From the NCBI GenBank assembly GCA_965226885.1, contig CBDDEL010000014.1:288001-352000 (forward strand): a stretch of 64,000 nucleotides of DNA. Direction: 5' to 3'. Shown here piece by piece: positions 11,067 to 21,481 of the stretch. Origin of the DNA: Opitutales bacterium (GTDB lineage Bacteria > Verrucomicrobiota > Verrucomicrobiia > Opitutales > UBA2987). Position numbers and translations under genes: made by a program. The notes beneath the pieces are model-generated. The model saw only the letters and a program-made list of their open reading frames with translations. It ran no database searches and had not been told where the DNA came from. The number at the start of each line of letters is the position of its first letter. The first letter of the stretch is position 1.

Positions 11067-12295
11067 ATTCTGGAAGTTAAAATTCGTTCCGCCTGCTCTA
11101 CATCTTTGTCACCCCGTCCGCTTAAATTCAAGCACAGGATTTGTTGGGAAGACATTTGCGGAGCGCGTTTCATGGCGTAGGCCAAAGCGTGTGAGGATTC
11201 CAGCGCCGGAATTATTCCCTCCGTGGAGGAAAGCACCTGAAAGGCTTCGAGGGCTTCTTCATCGGTGGCGCTTCCGAATTTGATGCGGCCCCGATCGTAA
11301 TAAAAAGCATGTTCGGGGCCGACAGCGGCATAATCCAGCCCCGCCGAAACGGAATGAGTAGGCTCTATCTGCCCGTCAGGATCCTGCAAAATCCAGGTCT
11401 TGCAACCGTGCAAAACACCGATCCGTCCACCCGCAAATCGGGCCGCATGGCGACCTGGACCAGTGCCGGGGCCGCGACCACCGGCTTCAACCCCCACCAG
11501 TTGAACGGATTCGTCTTCCAGAAAGTCCCAGAAAAACCCGATGGCATTGCTGCCTCCGCCCACGCAGGCGACCATTTCATGGGGAAGTGTATCCTCGTAT
11601 TCGAGTATCTGGCGGCGGGTTTCCTGCCCGATAACGCGATGAAAATTGCGCACCATCATGGGATAGGGGTGAGAACCGAGCGCGGAACCGAGGATGTAAT
11701 GGGTGTGGCGGACATTCGTTACCCAGTCCCGCATGGCTTCGTTGATGGCCTCTTTGAGGGTTTTTTGCCCCGCCTCGACGGCTCGCACTTCGGCCCCGCA
11801 AAGGCGCATGCGGAAAACATTGAGGGCCTGTCGCTCCATATCCACGGCGCCCATGTAAATGACGCAGCTGAGGCCGAATTTGGCGCAAACGGCGGCCGTC
11901 GCCACCCCATGCTGGCCGGCCCCGGTTTCGGCGATGATGCGCGTTTTACCCATCCTCCGGGCGAGCAGCACCTGGCCCAGGCAGTTGTTTATCTTGTGCG
12001 CCCCGGTATGAAGCAGGTCTTCGCGTTTGAGGTAAATTTTGGCGCCGCCCAAGCGCTCGCTGAGATTACGGGCATGGAAAAGTTCGGTTGGCCGCCCGGC
12101 GTATTCCTTTAAATGTTTTTGTAATTCCTGGTCGAAGGTGGGATCCGATCTGGCTTCCTCATAGGCTTCCTGCAATTCATACAACGCCGTCATCAAGGTT
12201 TCCGGCACATACATACCGCCGTAAGGCCCGAAATGACCTCGTTGGTCGGGCAAAGAAAACCGGTCGATGGTGGATTTTTGCAAAATTATGGGCAT
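11063..12295 (-). CDS. trpB: Tryptophan synthase beta subunit
   Basis: [42 protein letters not shown]. Confidence 0.98.
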   Translation of the reverse strand: MPIILQKSTIDRFSLPDQRGHFGPYGGMYVPETLMTALYELQEAYEEARSDPTFDQELQKHLKEYAGRPTELFHARNLSERLGGAKIYLKREDLLHTGAHKINNCLGQVLLARRMGKTRIIAETGAGQHGVATAAVCAKFGLSCVIYMGAVDMERQALNVFRMRLCGAEVRAVEAGQKTLKEAINEAMRDWVTNVRHTHYILGSALGSHPYPMMVRNFHRVIGQETRRQILEYEDTLPHEMVACVGGGSNAIGFFWDFLEDESVQLVGVEAGGRGPGTGPGRHAARFAGGRIGVLHGCKTWILQDPDGQIEPTHSVSAGLDYAAVGPEHAFYYDRGRIKFGSATDEEALEAFQVLSSTEGIIPALESSHALAYAMKRAPQMSSQQILCLNLSGRGDKDVEQAERILTSRI

Positions 12296-12500
12296 TTTTT
12301 TATTTTTGGCCCCTCAGCAGTTTTTATGGGGAATGATGAAATAAATGATGCAGGGTATGTGATCCACGATGGATTTGTCGAGACCTAACAACTGGAGACA
12401 AAGGATAGGAGACAGAATCCTGCATCCAGTATCATGTCTTTCGCATCCGCCCGCAAAAATTGCCGGAAGGGCTCCATTTTTAAGGCGCCGCGGGCAATCT

Positions 12501-13940
12501 TCAACTATGTTTCACGGTAACTATGGTGATATCGTCGGGTTGCCCATTGGAGCCGGAAAACCGGGCTACGCTGTCCAGGATGCCTTGATTCATGTCCACT
12601 GCGGATAGGTTGCGCAACTCCTTAATGCGGTCGGCCAGTCTTTCGGCGCTGAATTCGGTTCCGTCAAAATTGGATGCCTCGGTCACGCCATCGGTGTATA
12701 GAACGAAAATATCGCCTTTTTGGAAAGGTATTATTTTGTCCTCGATGACTTCTTCGAAGAGCTTGGCCGGAACCATGCCGAGGGCCATGCCCTCGGAGCC
12801 GATGGTGCGGGTGCGAAATAGATTTGTCTTCTCGTCCTTGTGACCCAAAAGGGGCAATTCATGACCACCCCGGGCGATCGTTATTTCGTCCTTTTTGGGA
12901 TCGACGATTGCATAAGCCAGGGTGACAAACATATCCTTGCTCATTTCTTCGTTGAGCACCGAATTGAGCCGCGAAAGGACGCGGGCGGGCGAAGAACAAT
13001 TTTTAGCGAAATGGCGCAGGTTGCTCTGGCAGATGGCCATGAGCAGTGAGGCGGGGATGCCTTTGCCGGAAACGTCCGCAATGGCGACGCCTATTTTATC
13101 GCGCCCGACGCTGAAAACATCATACAGATCGCCTCCCACCTTTTGGGCCGGCAGGTAGCGGGCATCGACTTCGAGACCCGGTTTTTGGGGGAAATTTTTC
13201 GGCAGCAACATCCCCTGAATGTTGCTGGCCAGCGCCAGATCGAGATCGAGTTTGTTTTTTTCGATCTGTAGGTTCATGATGTCCGCGTTGTGGATGGCCA
13301 GCCCGGCCTGCTCCGCCAGCGAGTCAACGAGAGAAAAATCGGTTTCGTTGAAGGACAGGCCGTCGGCAGGATTGGCCACCGCCAGAACCCCAAGATTTTT
13401 CTCCTTGAAGCGGATCGGCACCAGCACGATGGACCAGACGGTAAGCGAAGGGTCGTCATGACGGATGATGCGCGGGTCCCTGCCGGCATCCGCGATGAGC
13501 ATGCCTTCCCCCGTTTTGGCCACTTCACCGACCAGCCCTTCGCCCATCTCGAGCACTTCGGAGCGCAGCACCTGCTCGATAAATTTGGTGCGAGTGGTAA
13601 TTTTCATGGCCGTGCTCACGGGGAGTGGTTTTTGGGGCGGGAAAAGCCCCTCCACGACGACTCCGCGCAAGCGCCCATCGCCATTTTTCTCGAAGACGCA
13701 GGCGCTCAAGGCGCCGGTGCTGAGGATGGCGGCGTGCACCACCCTTTTAAAAAGTTCGGTTCGATCCACCCCCTCGCCGATGGCTTCCACCATGTTGTGC
13801 ATGAATTCGAGGACGATCTGCTGCTCCTGGTGCAATAGCTGCCGTTGCTCGTCCAGGCGCGTTATTTCCCGGCGGGTGGAAAGGTAAAATACTCCTCCAA
13901 TGAGCGCTCCCAGCGCCAGGCCCAGTAAAAACAGCCACAT
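12501..13940 (-). CDS. Membrane-anchored GAF + SpoIIE/RsbU-type PP2C phosphatase
   Basis: N-terminal TM and GAF domain (GEGLVG), then VGGDLYD, IADVSGKG, LYTDGVTEA, DDIT. Confidence 0.92.
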   Translation of the reverse strand: MWLFLLGLALGALIGGVFYLSTRREITRLDEQRQLLHQEQQIVLEFMHNMVEAIGEGVDRTELFKRVVHAAILSTGALSACVFEKNGDGRLRGVVVEGLFPPQKPLPVSTAMKITTRTKFIEQVLRSEVLEMGEGLVGEVAKTGEGMLIADAGRDPRIIRHDDPSLTVWSIVLVPIRFKEKNLGVLAVANPADGLSFNETDFSLVDSLAEQAGLAIHNADIMNLQIEKNKLDLDLALASNIQGMLLPKNFPQKPGLEVDARYLPAQKVGGDLYDVFSVGRDKIGVAIADVSGKGIPASLLMAICQSNLRHFAKNCSSPARVLSRLNSVLNEEMSKDMFVTLAYAIVDPKKDEITIARGGHELPLLGHKDEKTNLFRTRTIGSEGMALGMVPAKLFEEVIEDKIIPFQKGDIFVLYTDGVTEASNFDGTEFSAERLADRIKELRNLSAVDMNQGILDSVARFSGSNGQPDDITIVTVKHS

Positions 13941-13962
13941 AATTTGATTCTCTATTCCAGAG

Positions 13963-14472
13963 TTATTCCGAATCAACCTGATTTTTTAAGAAATCAATTA
14001 CGTCCTGAAATTTGGATTTGTTGCTCTCCTCGATATCGATCAGGTTTTCATGGGCCTGGAGGATGAGTTTGGCATTTTCGATCTTTTTGTGGTTCACCAG
14101 CTTAATCTTTTCCACCGGACTCTCGAATTCCATCGGGAATTCCCCTGAATCGACATTGACGATGCGGTGCAAACCAAGATTGCGCACCAGTTCGAGGTTT
14201 CGCCTCGACAACCGGCATAGAGAGACGCTGCCGGCCGGCCGCATATTACCAACATCGAGAGCGAGTCCCGCGATAATGCCCAGAAAAGTGCTGTCCATGG
14301 TTTGGCAATCTTTAAAATCGAAGATAAAGCTTTTCTTCCCGGCCTTGATCATGCGAGCTAAAAAATCGCTCACCGGAGCGGAATTGAGGTAGCTGGCCCG
14401 TCCATTGATTTTCACTACGATGGGCTCGACATAGGTCTTGACGAGGAAGACCGATTCCTTGTTCAGGGGCAT
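13963..14472 (-). CDS. STAS domain anti-sigma-factor antagonist
   Basis: DFKDCQTMDSTFLG STAS phospho-Ser motif; adjacent to the PP2C gene. Confidence 0.88.
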   Translation of the reverse strand: MPLNKESVFLVKTYVEPIVVKINGRASYLNSAPVSDFLARMIKAGKKSFIFDFKDCQTMDSTFLGIIAGLALDVGNMRPAGSVSLCRLSRRNLELVRNLGLHRIVNVDSGEFPMEFESPVEKIKLVNHKKIENAKLILQAHENLIDIEESNKSKFQDVIDFLKNQVDSE

Positions 14473-14482
14473 GAGCGAAGCA

Positions 14483-17206
14483 TTAACCTACAGAACCTAA
14501 TATACTCCTTAATACATAGGGAAGAATGCCTCCGTGTCGATAATATTCGATCTCAATCGGAGTATCCAGACAGGCGGTCATGGAAACGGACTCTGTGTCT
14601 CCCGTGTGGCGGGTGATTTCCAGGACAACCTCCTGCCGTGGCTGCGGGTCCGCCCCCAGCCCTCGCAGGGAAAAAGTTTCCGACCCGTCGAGGCCAAGGC
14701 TTTGATGGGTCTGCCCATCCCTGAACTGCAAGGGTAGCACACCCATTCCGATCAGGTTACTGCGGTGGATGCGCTCGAAAGAACTGGCCGCCACGGCCCG
14801 AACTCCCAGCAAGGAGGAGCCTTTGGCCGCCCAATCGCGGGAGCTGCCCATCCCGTAATCATGGCCTGTAAACACGATCAAGGGTATCTTCCTCTGCGCA
14901 TAAATCTGACAGGCGTCGTAAATCGGCATCAAATCTCCCTCCGGCATCAGCTTGGTCCAACCGCCCACCCGGCCGTCGGCCATGAGGTTCTTGAACCGCA
15001 CATTGGCGAAAGTGCCCCTGGTCATGACGCGATCGTTGCCCCGCCGGGAACCGAAGGAATTAAAATTTTTCGGCTCGATGCCGGCCGCCACCAGGTATTT
15101 CCCGGCCGGCCCGTCGGCCGGAATGGCCCCCGCCGGCGAAATATGGTCGGTTGTGACGGAATCGCCCACCAGGGCTAGGGCTCTCATCCCTTCCAATTTC
15201 CCAATGGCGCCGGGTTGCATGGAAAATTCATCGAAAAAAGGCGGTATTTGAATGTAGGTGCTCTTTTCGTCCCAACCATAGAGCGCCCCTGTGGATGATT
15301 CGATGGCGCTCCAACTCGGATTGGCCTCCAGGATGTCTGCATACTGGCGTACATACATCTCGGGCGTGAGACCGGTGGCTATCTTTTCCTGCACTTCGGC
15401 CTGCGAGGGCCATAAGTCTCTCAAATAAACCGGATTCCCCTCTTTATCTTCGCCCAGAGGTTCGTTCTCAAGATCGATGTCCACCTTCCCCGCCAGGGCG
15501 TAAGCCACCACCAGAGGGGGAGACATGAGGTAATTGGCCCGGATCGAGGAATGCACCCGGGCCTCGAAATTGCGATTGCCGGATAGCACGCTGGCGGCCA
15601 CCAGGTTGCCGGTTTTCAACGCTTTTTCGACCTCTTCGTCGAGGGGGCCGCTGTTACCAATGCAGGTCGTGCACCCATAGCCGACGAGGTTGAAACCTAA
15701 TTGATCCAGATAGGGTTGCAGGCCCGTTTTGGCCAAGTAATCGGTCACCACCCGGGAACCGGGGGCCAGACTGGTTTTGACCGTGGAGTTGACCCGAAGG
15801 CCCCGTTCGACCGCTTTTTTGGCCAGCAGCCCGGCGGCTACCATGACGCTAGGGTTGCTCGTGTTGGTGCAGCTGGTGATGGCCGCGATGAGAACGGAGC
15901 CGTGTCCAATGGAGGGGTCGTGACCATTTCCGCCGTTGCCATCGAGGTTGATTTTTCGGCTCAACTCGTCCGCCTCCAGCCCGAAACCTCCGGCGCTTTC
16001 CTCTTTCTGCAATTGGCTCAAAAAAGTGTTTTTAAGCTCCGGCATGTCGATCCTGTCCTGCGGCCTGCGGGGACCGGCTACACTGGGCACGATGGAGGCC
16101 AGGTCGAGTTCCAGGCTCTTGCTGTAGTCCACTTCCCCTTGACGCGGAATGCCGAACATTTTCTGGGCTTCAAAATAATCGCGGATCAAGTCCAGCCGCT
16201 CCTCCGAACGACCGGTCATACGCAAATAATCGAGGGTTTTTTCGTCAACCGGGAAATACCCCAAGGTGGCGCCGTATTCGGGAGCCATATTGGCCATAGT
16301 GGCTCGGTCGGCCAATGTCAGGTTGGCCGCTCCTTCCCCGTAAAACTCGACAAATTTGCCGACCACTTTTTCTTCCCGCAGCATCTGGGTAACCCGCAGG
16401 GTGAGGTCGGTGGCGGTGACTCCTTCGCATAGTTTTCGCGACAGGTGCACCCCGATCACCTCCGGGGTGAGGAAATAAACGGGCTGGCCCAGCATTCCGG
16501 CTTCTGCCTCAATGCCACCGACGCCCCAGCCGACCACTCCCAGGCCGTTGATCATGGTGGTGTGCGAATCCGTCCCCACCAGAGTGTCCGGGTAAAAAAC
16601 GCTGCTGGCGCCGACCGTTTTTTCAAAAACGACCTTGGCCAGGTATTCGAGGTTGACCTGGTGTACGATGCCGATGGCCGGAGGCACTATGCTGACCGTT
16701 TTAAAGGCTTGCTGGCCCCATTTAAGGAACTGGTAGCGCTCCCGGTTGCGCTCGAACTCGATTTCCAGGTTTTGCTGAAAAGCTGCCGCCGTCCCCGAAC
16801 GATCGACCTGCACCGAGTGGTCCACCACCAGATCGACCGGCACCAGGGGCTCGATCAACAAAGGATCGCCGCCGAGTTTCTGGACCGCGTCCCGCATGGC
16901 CGCCAGATCGACGAGGAGCGGCACCCCCGTAAAATCCTGCAAGACGATACGGGAGACGACAAAGGGTATTTCCGCCGAGGAGGGTTCCGGCGCCTGCCAG
17001 CCGGCCAGCGTCTTGATGTCCTCTTCCTGGATGGTCCGCCCATCGCAGTTGCGCAGAACGGATTCCAGAACAATACGCAAACTGACGGGCATTCGCGAGA
17101 TGGGCCCCAGACCGGCTTCTTCCAAAGCGGGCAGCGAGTAGAGGAAGCCGTTGTTGAATTCCCGCAGGCTGTTAAAGGGATTGTTTAATTTGAGATCGCT
17201 CATCAA
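14483..17206 (-). CDS. acnA: Aconitate hydratase A
   Basis: [51 protein letters not shown]. Confidence 0.98.
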   Translation of the reverse strand: MMSDLKLNNPFNSLREFNNGFLYSLPALEEAGLGPISRMPVSLRIVLESVLRNCDGRTIQEEDIKTLAGWQAPEPSSAEIPFVVSRIVLQDFTGVPLLVDLAAMRDAVQKLGGDPLLIEPLVPVDLVVDHSVQVDRSGTAAAFQQNLEIEFERNRERYQFLKWGQQAFKTVSIVPPAIGIVHQVNLEYLAKVVFEKTVGASSVFYPDTLVGTDSHTTMINGLGVVGWGVGGIEAEAGMLGQPVYFLTPEVIGVHLSRKLCEGVTATDLTLRVTQMLREEKVVGKFVEFYGEGAANLTLADRATMANMAPEYGATLGYFPVDEKTLDYLRMTGRSEERLDLIRDYFEAQKMFGIPRQGEVDYSKSLELDLASIVPSVAGPRRPQDRIDMPELKNTFLSQLQKEESAGGFGLEADELSRKINLDGNGGNGHDPSIGHGSVLIAAITSCTNTSNPSVMVAAGLLAKKAVERGLRVNSTVKTSLAPGSRVVTDYLAKTGLQPYLDQLGFNLVGYGCTTCIGNSGPLDEEVEKALKTGNLVAASVLSGNRNFEARVHSSIRANYLMSPPLVVAYALAGKVDIDLENEPLGEDKEGNPVYLRDLWPSQAEVQEKIATGLTPEMYVRQYADILEANPSWSAIESSTGALYGWDEKSTYIQIPPFFDEFSMQPGAIGKLEGMRALALVGDSVTTDHISPAGAIPADGPAGKYLVAAGIEPKNFNSFGSRRGNDRVMTRGTFANVRFKNLMADGRVGGWTKLMPEGDLMPIYDACQIYAQRKIPLIVFTGHDYGMGSSRDWAAKGSSLLGVRAVAASSFERIHRSNLIGMGVLPLQFRDGQTHQSLGLDGSETFSLRGLGADPQPRQEVVLEITRHTGDTESVSMTACLDTPIEIEYYRHGGILPYVLRSILGSVG

Positions 17207-17302
17207 TCAATTTATTTTTTTCAACTCCTGGTTTAATTTAATAATAGGAGAGATTTGATTGCATGGATATTGCAACCTGAAGCCGATTGCGCCGCCAGTC
17301 GC

Positions 17303-17779
17303 TCAGGAGCCGCCCAGGGCCGCTTTTATTTCATCAAAGGATGGTAGGTTTTGAGGGTCATCGGAGGACCAGCTGTAAACGATGTCGCCTTCCTTGTTGA
17401 TGACGAAAGCCGAGCGTTTGGCTACGCCTTTGAGACCGATCAAGTCTTCGTAAAGAACATCGTAGGCAGCCGCCGCCTCTTTGTTGAAATCGCTCAAAAG
17501 GGTGACCGATATATTGTTGGTCTGAGCCCAGCCCTCCTGCGAAAAGGGGCTGTCCACACTAATGCCGTAAACGGCCGCGTCGACCGCTGCATATTCACCC
17601 AGAGCCCCGCTCACGCTGCACATCTCGTCGGTGCAAACCCCAGTGAATGCGAGGGGAAAGAAGAGCAGAACGGTTTGTTGTGAGCCAAAGTTGGCGCTCA
17701 AGGTGACATCCTCCAATCCATCGGCCGTTTTTGTTTTTAGAGTGAAATCGGGTGCTTTTTGTCCAGTTTCCAGTGCCAT
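17303..17779 (-). CDS. Peroxiredoxin (redoxin family, AhpE-like)
   Basis: FFPLAFTGVCTDEMC peroxidatic motif, ISVDS, RSAFVI. Confidence 0.88.
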   Translation of the reverse strand: MALETGQKAPDFTLKTKTADGLEDVTLSANFGSQQTVLLFFPLAFTGVCTDEMCSVSGALGEYAAVDAAVYGISVDSPFSQEGWAQTNNISVTLLSDFNKEAAAAYDVLYEDLIGLKGVAKRSAFVINKEGDIVYSWSSDDPQNLPSFDEIKAALGGS

Positions 17780-17935
17780 AGTATTTCCTTATTATTGAAT
17801 TAGTGAAAACCCCATAAAATGAGTGCCATAGCCCTCCACGGCAATCGAAATCGGTCGTCCTGGGAGCGAATTTTCCGGCCATGAAATTATTTTTTGATCT
17901 GGAGCCACCACTAATTATCCTTCACCCTTCTCCTC

Positions 17936-19123
17936 ATGACGCCTCTCCAAATCATCCAAAGCAACACCGTGGACATCATCAGCCTGGAAGACCTGCAGGA
18001 GCGGCTCGGCCAGGATCGCCCGCTGAAGGTCAAGCTGGGGATCGATCCCACACGGCCCGATCTCACACTCGGGCACATGGTGGTATTTAACAAATTGCGG
18101 CAGTTTCAGGACCTGGGGCACGAGGCCATTCTCATCATCGGCGATTTCACCACCTGGATCGGTGACCCCTCGGGGCGCTCTGCCACCCGCCCCGTTCTGA
18201 CCAAAGAGGAGATCGAAGAAAACGCCAGCACCTACCTCGACCAGGCTTTCAAAATCCTTGATAAAAACAAAACCACTGTTCGCCATAACAGCGAGTGGTT
18301 CACGAAAATGACCTTCCAGGATGCCCTCGCCCTCTCCCGCCGGATGACGGTCGCACGCATGCTTGAGAGGGACGATTTTGCCAAACGCTACAAGGACAAC
18401 ACCCCCATCTCGATCATCGAATTTCTCTACCCGCTGGTGCAAGGCCAGGACTCCCTCGCCATCAAGGCCGATATCGAACTGGGCGGCACGGACCAGCTCT
18501 TCAACATGCTGGTGGGCCGCAACCTGCAAAAAACCGGAGGCAAACCGGGGCAAATCGTCATCACCATGCCCCTCCTCGTCGGCCTCGACGGGGTAAAAAA
18601 GATGTCCAAAAGCATGGACAACTACATCGCCTTCAACGACAGCCCCAAAAACATCTTCGGCAAAATCATGTCCCTCACCGACGAAGCGATGGGCGAATAC
18701 TACCGCCTCCTCCTTCTCGCTTCCAAAGAACAATTAAAAACACTCGCCGGCGAACACCCCATGGAAGCCAAAAAGAACCTCGCCCAGCAAATGACGGCCA
18801 AACTCTATGACGAAGAGACCGCCCGCCACGAAAGGGAACAATTCGAGAAAGTCTTCACCCGCCGCCAAACCCGCGACGACATGCCCACCTTTCAATGGCA
18901 CGACCTAACCGATAAAGAAGAGGACACCCTCCTCAACCTGATGGCCGCAACCAACCTCTTCCCCAGCAAAAAAGAAGCCCGCCGCCTCATCCAGCAAGGA
19001 GCCGTAAAAATCAACACCCAACGTTGCGAAAACCCTCAGCATATCCTAAAAAATTCCCAACCCAACCAACCAACCACCATACAGGCCGGCAAAAGAACCT
19101 TCTTCAAAATCCACCCCGAATAA
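17936..19123 (+). CDS. tyrS: Tyrosine--tRNA ligase
   Basis: GIDPT..DLTLGH, GDPSGRS, ELGGTDQLFN, KMSKS and a C-terminal S4 domain. Confidence 0.97.
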   Translation: MTPLQIIQSNTVDIISLEDLQERLGQDRPLKVKLGIDPTRPDLTLGHMVVFNKLRQFQDLGHEAILIIGDFTTWIGDPSGRSATRPVLTKEEIEENASTYLDQAFKILDKNKTTVRHNSEWFTKMTFQDALALSRRMTVARMLERDDFAKRYKDNTPISIIEFLYPLVQGQDSLAIKADIELGGTDQLFNMLVGRNLQKTGGKPGQIVITMPLLVGLDGVKKMSKSMDNYIAFNDSPKNIFGKIMSLTDEAMGEYYRLLLLASKEQLKTLAGEHPMEAKKNLAQQMTAKLYDEETARHEREQFEKVFTRRQTRDDMPTFQWHDLTDKEEDTLLNLMAATNLFPSKKEARRLIQQGAVKINTQRCENPQHILKNSQPNQPTTIQAGKRTFFKIHPE

Positions 19124-19360
19124 TTCCAATTTTGTTAACAAAATAACGATAAATATCAATAAGACCGAATAACGACACGACCCTTTTGAACTCTATGTTA
19201 TAGCGTCTTTTTCCCATTCTTCGATTTTCAATTTTGGAGAATCCCGTGTCCATTTTTTCCAGCACCCATCAGTTTTCTCGGCACATGCCGCCAGTAATAT
19301 TTTCTCAATGAGCGCAACCAATTCGTTCATTCCGGCTTACCGGAAACGCGGCCTGGCCAT

Positions 19361-20005
19361 TTATTTGCTGCGGATGCCGTCGAGGACGAGGTGGAGGGCT
19401 TGCTCAAGGCCGTTTTGGCGCACTTCTTTGTCTCCCAAATCCATTTCCAGCGCTTGGCTCAGGGTGTAGCGGTTGGAGTGGTAGATGAAGCACAGCCCGA
19501 TGAAGTTGATGAGCAGGTGCTTGACGTTGACCGAACGGTCGAAGATGCCTATTTCCTTGCCTTCTTCGATGATGGCGCCGAGGTGGGCGATAACCGGGTT
19601 TTTGGTCAGCAGGTGGCCGTGTTTTTGGATCGCACGGCCATGGTTGAGGTTTTCCCACAGCAGCAGGTTGACGAATTCGGGGTTGTCGGCCAGGAAGGTG
19701 AAGTAGCTGGAGAGAATATGTTTGAGGGTCTCCTCGGGCGATTGGGGCTTTTCAAAAATTTTCAACTCGAGCCGTTCGAGCCGCTGGTAAACTTCCAGCA
19801 GGACGGCATGGTAGAGATTTTCCTTGCTCCCGAAGTAGTGATAGACCATCCGTTTGTTGACGCCGGCAGCGTTCACGATTTTGTCTACCGAGACCCCGTT
19901 GTAACCGTCTCGGGAAAAAAGCCCGATAGCGGTTTTAAGCAATCGCTCGCGGGTGTTGGGAGGCCGCGGTTTTTTTCTCGAAAAAGACTTGTCTTTATTT
20001 TTCAT
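19361..20005 (-). CDS. TetR/AcrR family transcriptional regulator
   Basis: HTH segment GVNKRMVYHYFGSKENLY. Confidence 0.92.
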   Translation of the reverse strand: MKNKDKSFSRKKPRPPNTRERLLKTAIGLFSRDGYNGVSVDKIVNAAGVNKRMVYHYFGSKENLYHAVLLEVYQRLERLELKIFEKPQSPEETLKHILSSYFTFLADNPEFVNLLLWENLNHGRAIQKHGHLLTKNPVIAHLGAIIEEGKEIGIFDRSVNVKHLLINFIGLCFIYHSNRYTLSQALEMDLGDKEVRQNGLEQALHLVLDGIRSK

Positions 20006-20061
20006 GCACGTAACCATTTAGTTACTATTTACTGAATTTTGTCAAATTTTTAAGGGAACCA

Positions 20062-21090
20062 ATGGGAATCTTGCCTTGCCACGCCGCGGAGATAGACTCG
20101 TTTATTGCAACACCGACCCCGAACTCAATAGAGGCATTGGCAAATGTCAAAGGAGATGTCATGGTTCTGGGAGCGGGGGGAAAGATGGGGCTGCACCTGT
20201 CCCTGGCCCTGCAGGAGGGTTTTCGGCGCCTGGGCCGGGACAATCGTGTGATAGCGGTGTCGCGCTTCCAGAGCCTGCGCCCGCGCATCGATTTCGAGAA
20301 GTTCCGCATCGAGACCCATCGGTGCGACTTGAGCGTGGCCGAGGAACTGGAGAATCTACCTGATTGCCCCAACATATTTTACCTGGCGGGGATAAAATTC
20401 GGCACCGCCTCCGCCCCGCAGATGCTCCAGCGGATGAACGTGCACACGCCGGAACTGGTGGCCAAAAAATTCAGCCATTCGCGCCTGGTAGTCTTTTCCA
20501 CTGGCTGTGTCTACTCCTTTGTGCCGATAAACTCGGGCGGGTCGCGGGAAGAGGACCAGGCCGACCCGGTGGGCACCTATGCGCGCTCCTGCCTGGGCCG
20601 GGAAGAAGCGTTCATCCACTGCTCGCGCCAACAAGGCACACCCTGCGCCATCGTGCGGCTCAATTACTCGGTGGAATTCCGCTACGGGATACTCATGGAC
20701 ATAGCGGAAAAAGTCTATCAAGGCCAGCCCGTCGATGTCACCACTGGCCATTTCAACGCCATCTGGCAAGGCGATGCCATCGCCTACATCATCCAGACAC
20801 TATCATACGCGACCTCTCCGCCCTTCATCCTGAACGTGGCCGGATCGCAAACCCTCTCGGTGCGCCAGGTGGCCCAAAGATTCGGAGAAATATTCGACAA
20901 AGAGCCGATCATCACGGGACAGGAAGCAAAGACGGCCTGGCTCAACAACGCGCAAAAATCCCGGCGCCTGTTCAACGGAAAAGAAGTGGACATAGAGCAA
21001 ATCATCGCCTGGACGGCAGCCTGGCTGCAAGCCGACGGAGAAACCTGGGGCAAACCGACCCTCTTCGAGCAGCGCACCGGAAATTTCTAA
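20062..21090 (+). CDS. NAD-dependent epimerase/dehydratase family protein
   Basis: VLGAGGKMG Rossmann motif, FSTGCVY, RLNYSVEFRYG. Confidence 0.88.
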   Translation: MGILPCHAAEIDSFIATPTPNSIEALANVKGDVMVLGAGGKMGLHLSLALQEGFRRLGRDNRVIAVSRFQSLRPRIDFEKFRIETHRCDLSVAEELENLPDCPNIFYLAGIKFGTASAPQMLQRMNVHTPELVAKKFSHSRLVVFSTGCVYSFVPINSGGSREEDQADPVGTYARSCLGREEAFIHCSRQQGTPCAIVRLNYSVEFRYGILMDIAEKVYQGQPVDVTTGHFNAIWQGDAIAYIIQTLSYATSPPFILNVAGSQTLSVRQVAQRFGEIFDKEPIITGQEAKTAWLNNAQKSRRLFNGKEVDIEQIIAWTAAWLQADGETWGKPTLFEQRTGNF

Positions 21091-21337
21091 AACCACCCCC
21101 CCCCAACCCATTGAAGGGTTTCCAATGGGTGCAAAACGAAACCTAAATACTAAAAACGTAAGAAATGCCGGCATTGAAACGGATCCTGTCTGCAATAAAT
21201 TCCCAGGTGGTGGACTCGAGCAAATCCTGTAGGATATTTAATGGCCAGATATTTTGTTGACATGCCGATATTTTAGCAAATCTGGTGTCGATGGAAAGTT
21301 CGACCTGTCTTCAACTCTTTTCTCTAATTGTTAATAC

Positions 21338-21418
21338 TTATAGCACCTGATCGTCGGTGCGGATGCGGAAAAGGGATTCGAGTCTGAACGGGCGAATGAC
21401 CGCTTTCATCATTTTCAA
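21338..21418 (-). pseudogene. Internally deleted P-II (GlnB/GlnK-like) remnant, 26 codons
   Basis: Manual translation from TTG gives MKMMKAVIRPFRLESLFRIRTDDQVL*, resembling a P-II N-terminus joined to the C-terminal RIRT motif. Confidence 0.55.
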
Positions 21419-21481
21419 ATCATTATGAAAATTTAACTGCCCGGTTATAATCTCAATGAGATATGGAGTTTCAAACAAAGA

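Noticed and set aside
21143..21240. Outer-membrane barrel C-terminus remnant (..RFNAGISYVF) next to the P-II remnant
   Set aside because: The frame continues past Phe (SI*) and the fragment is too short to support the call.
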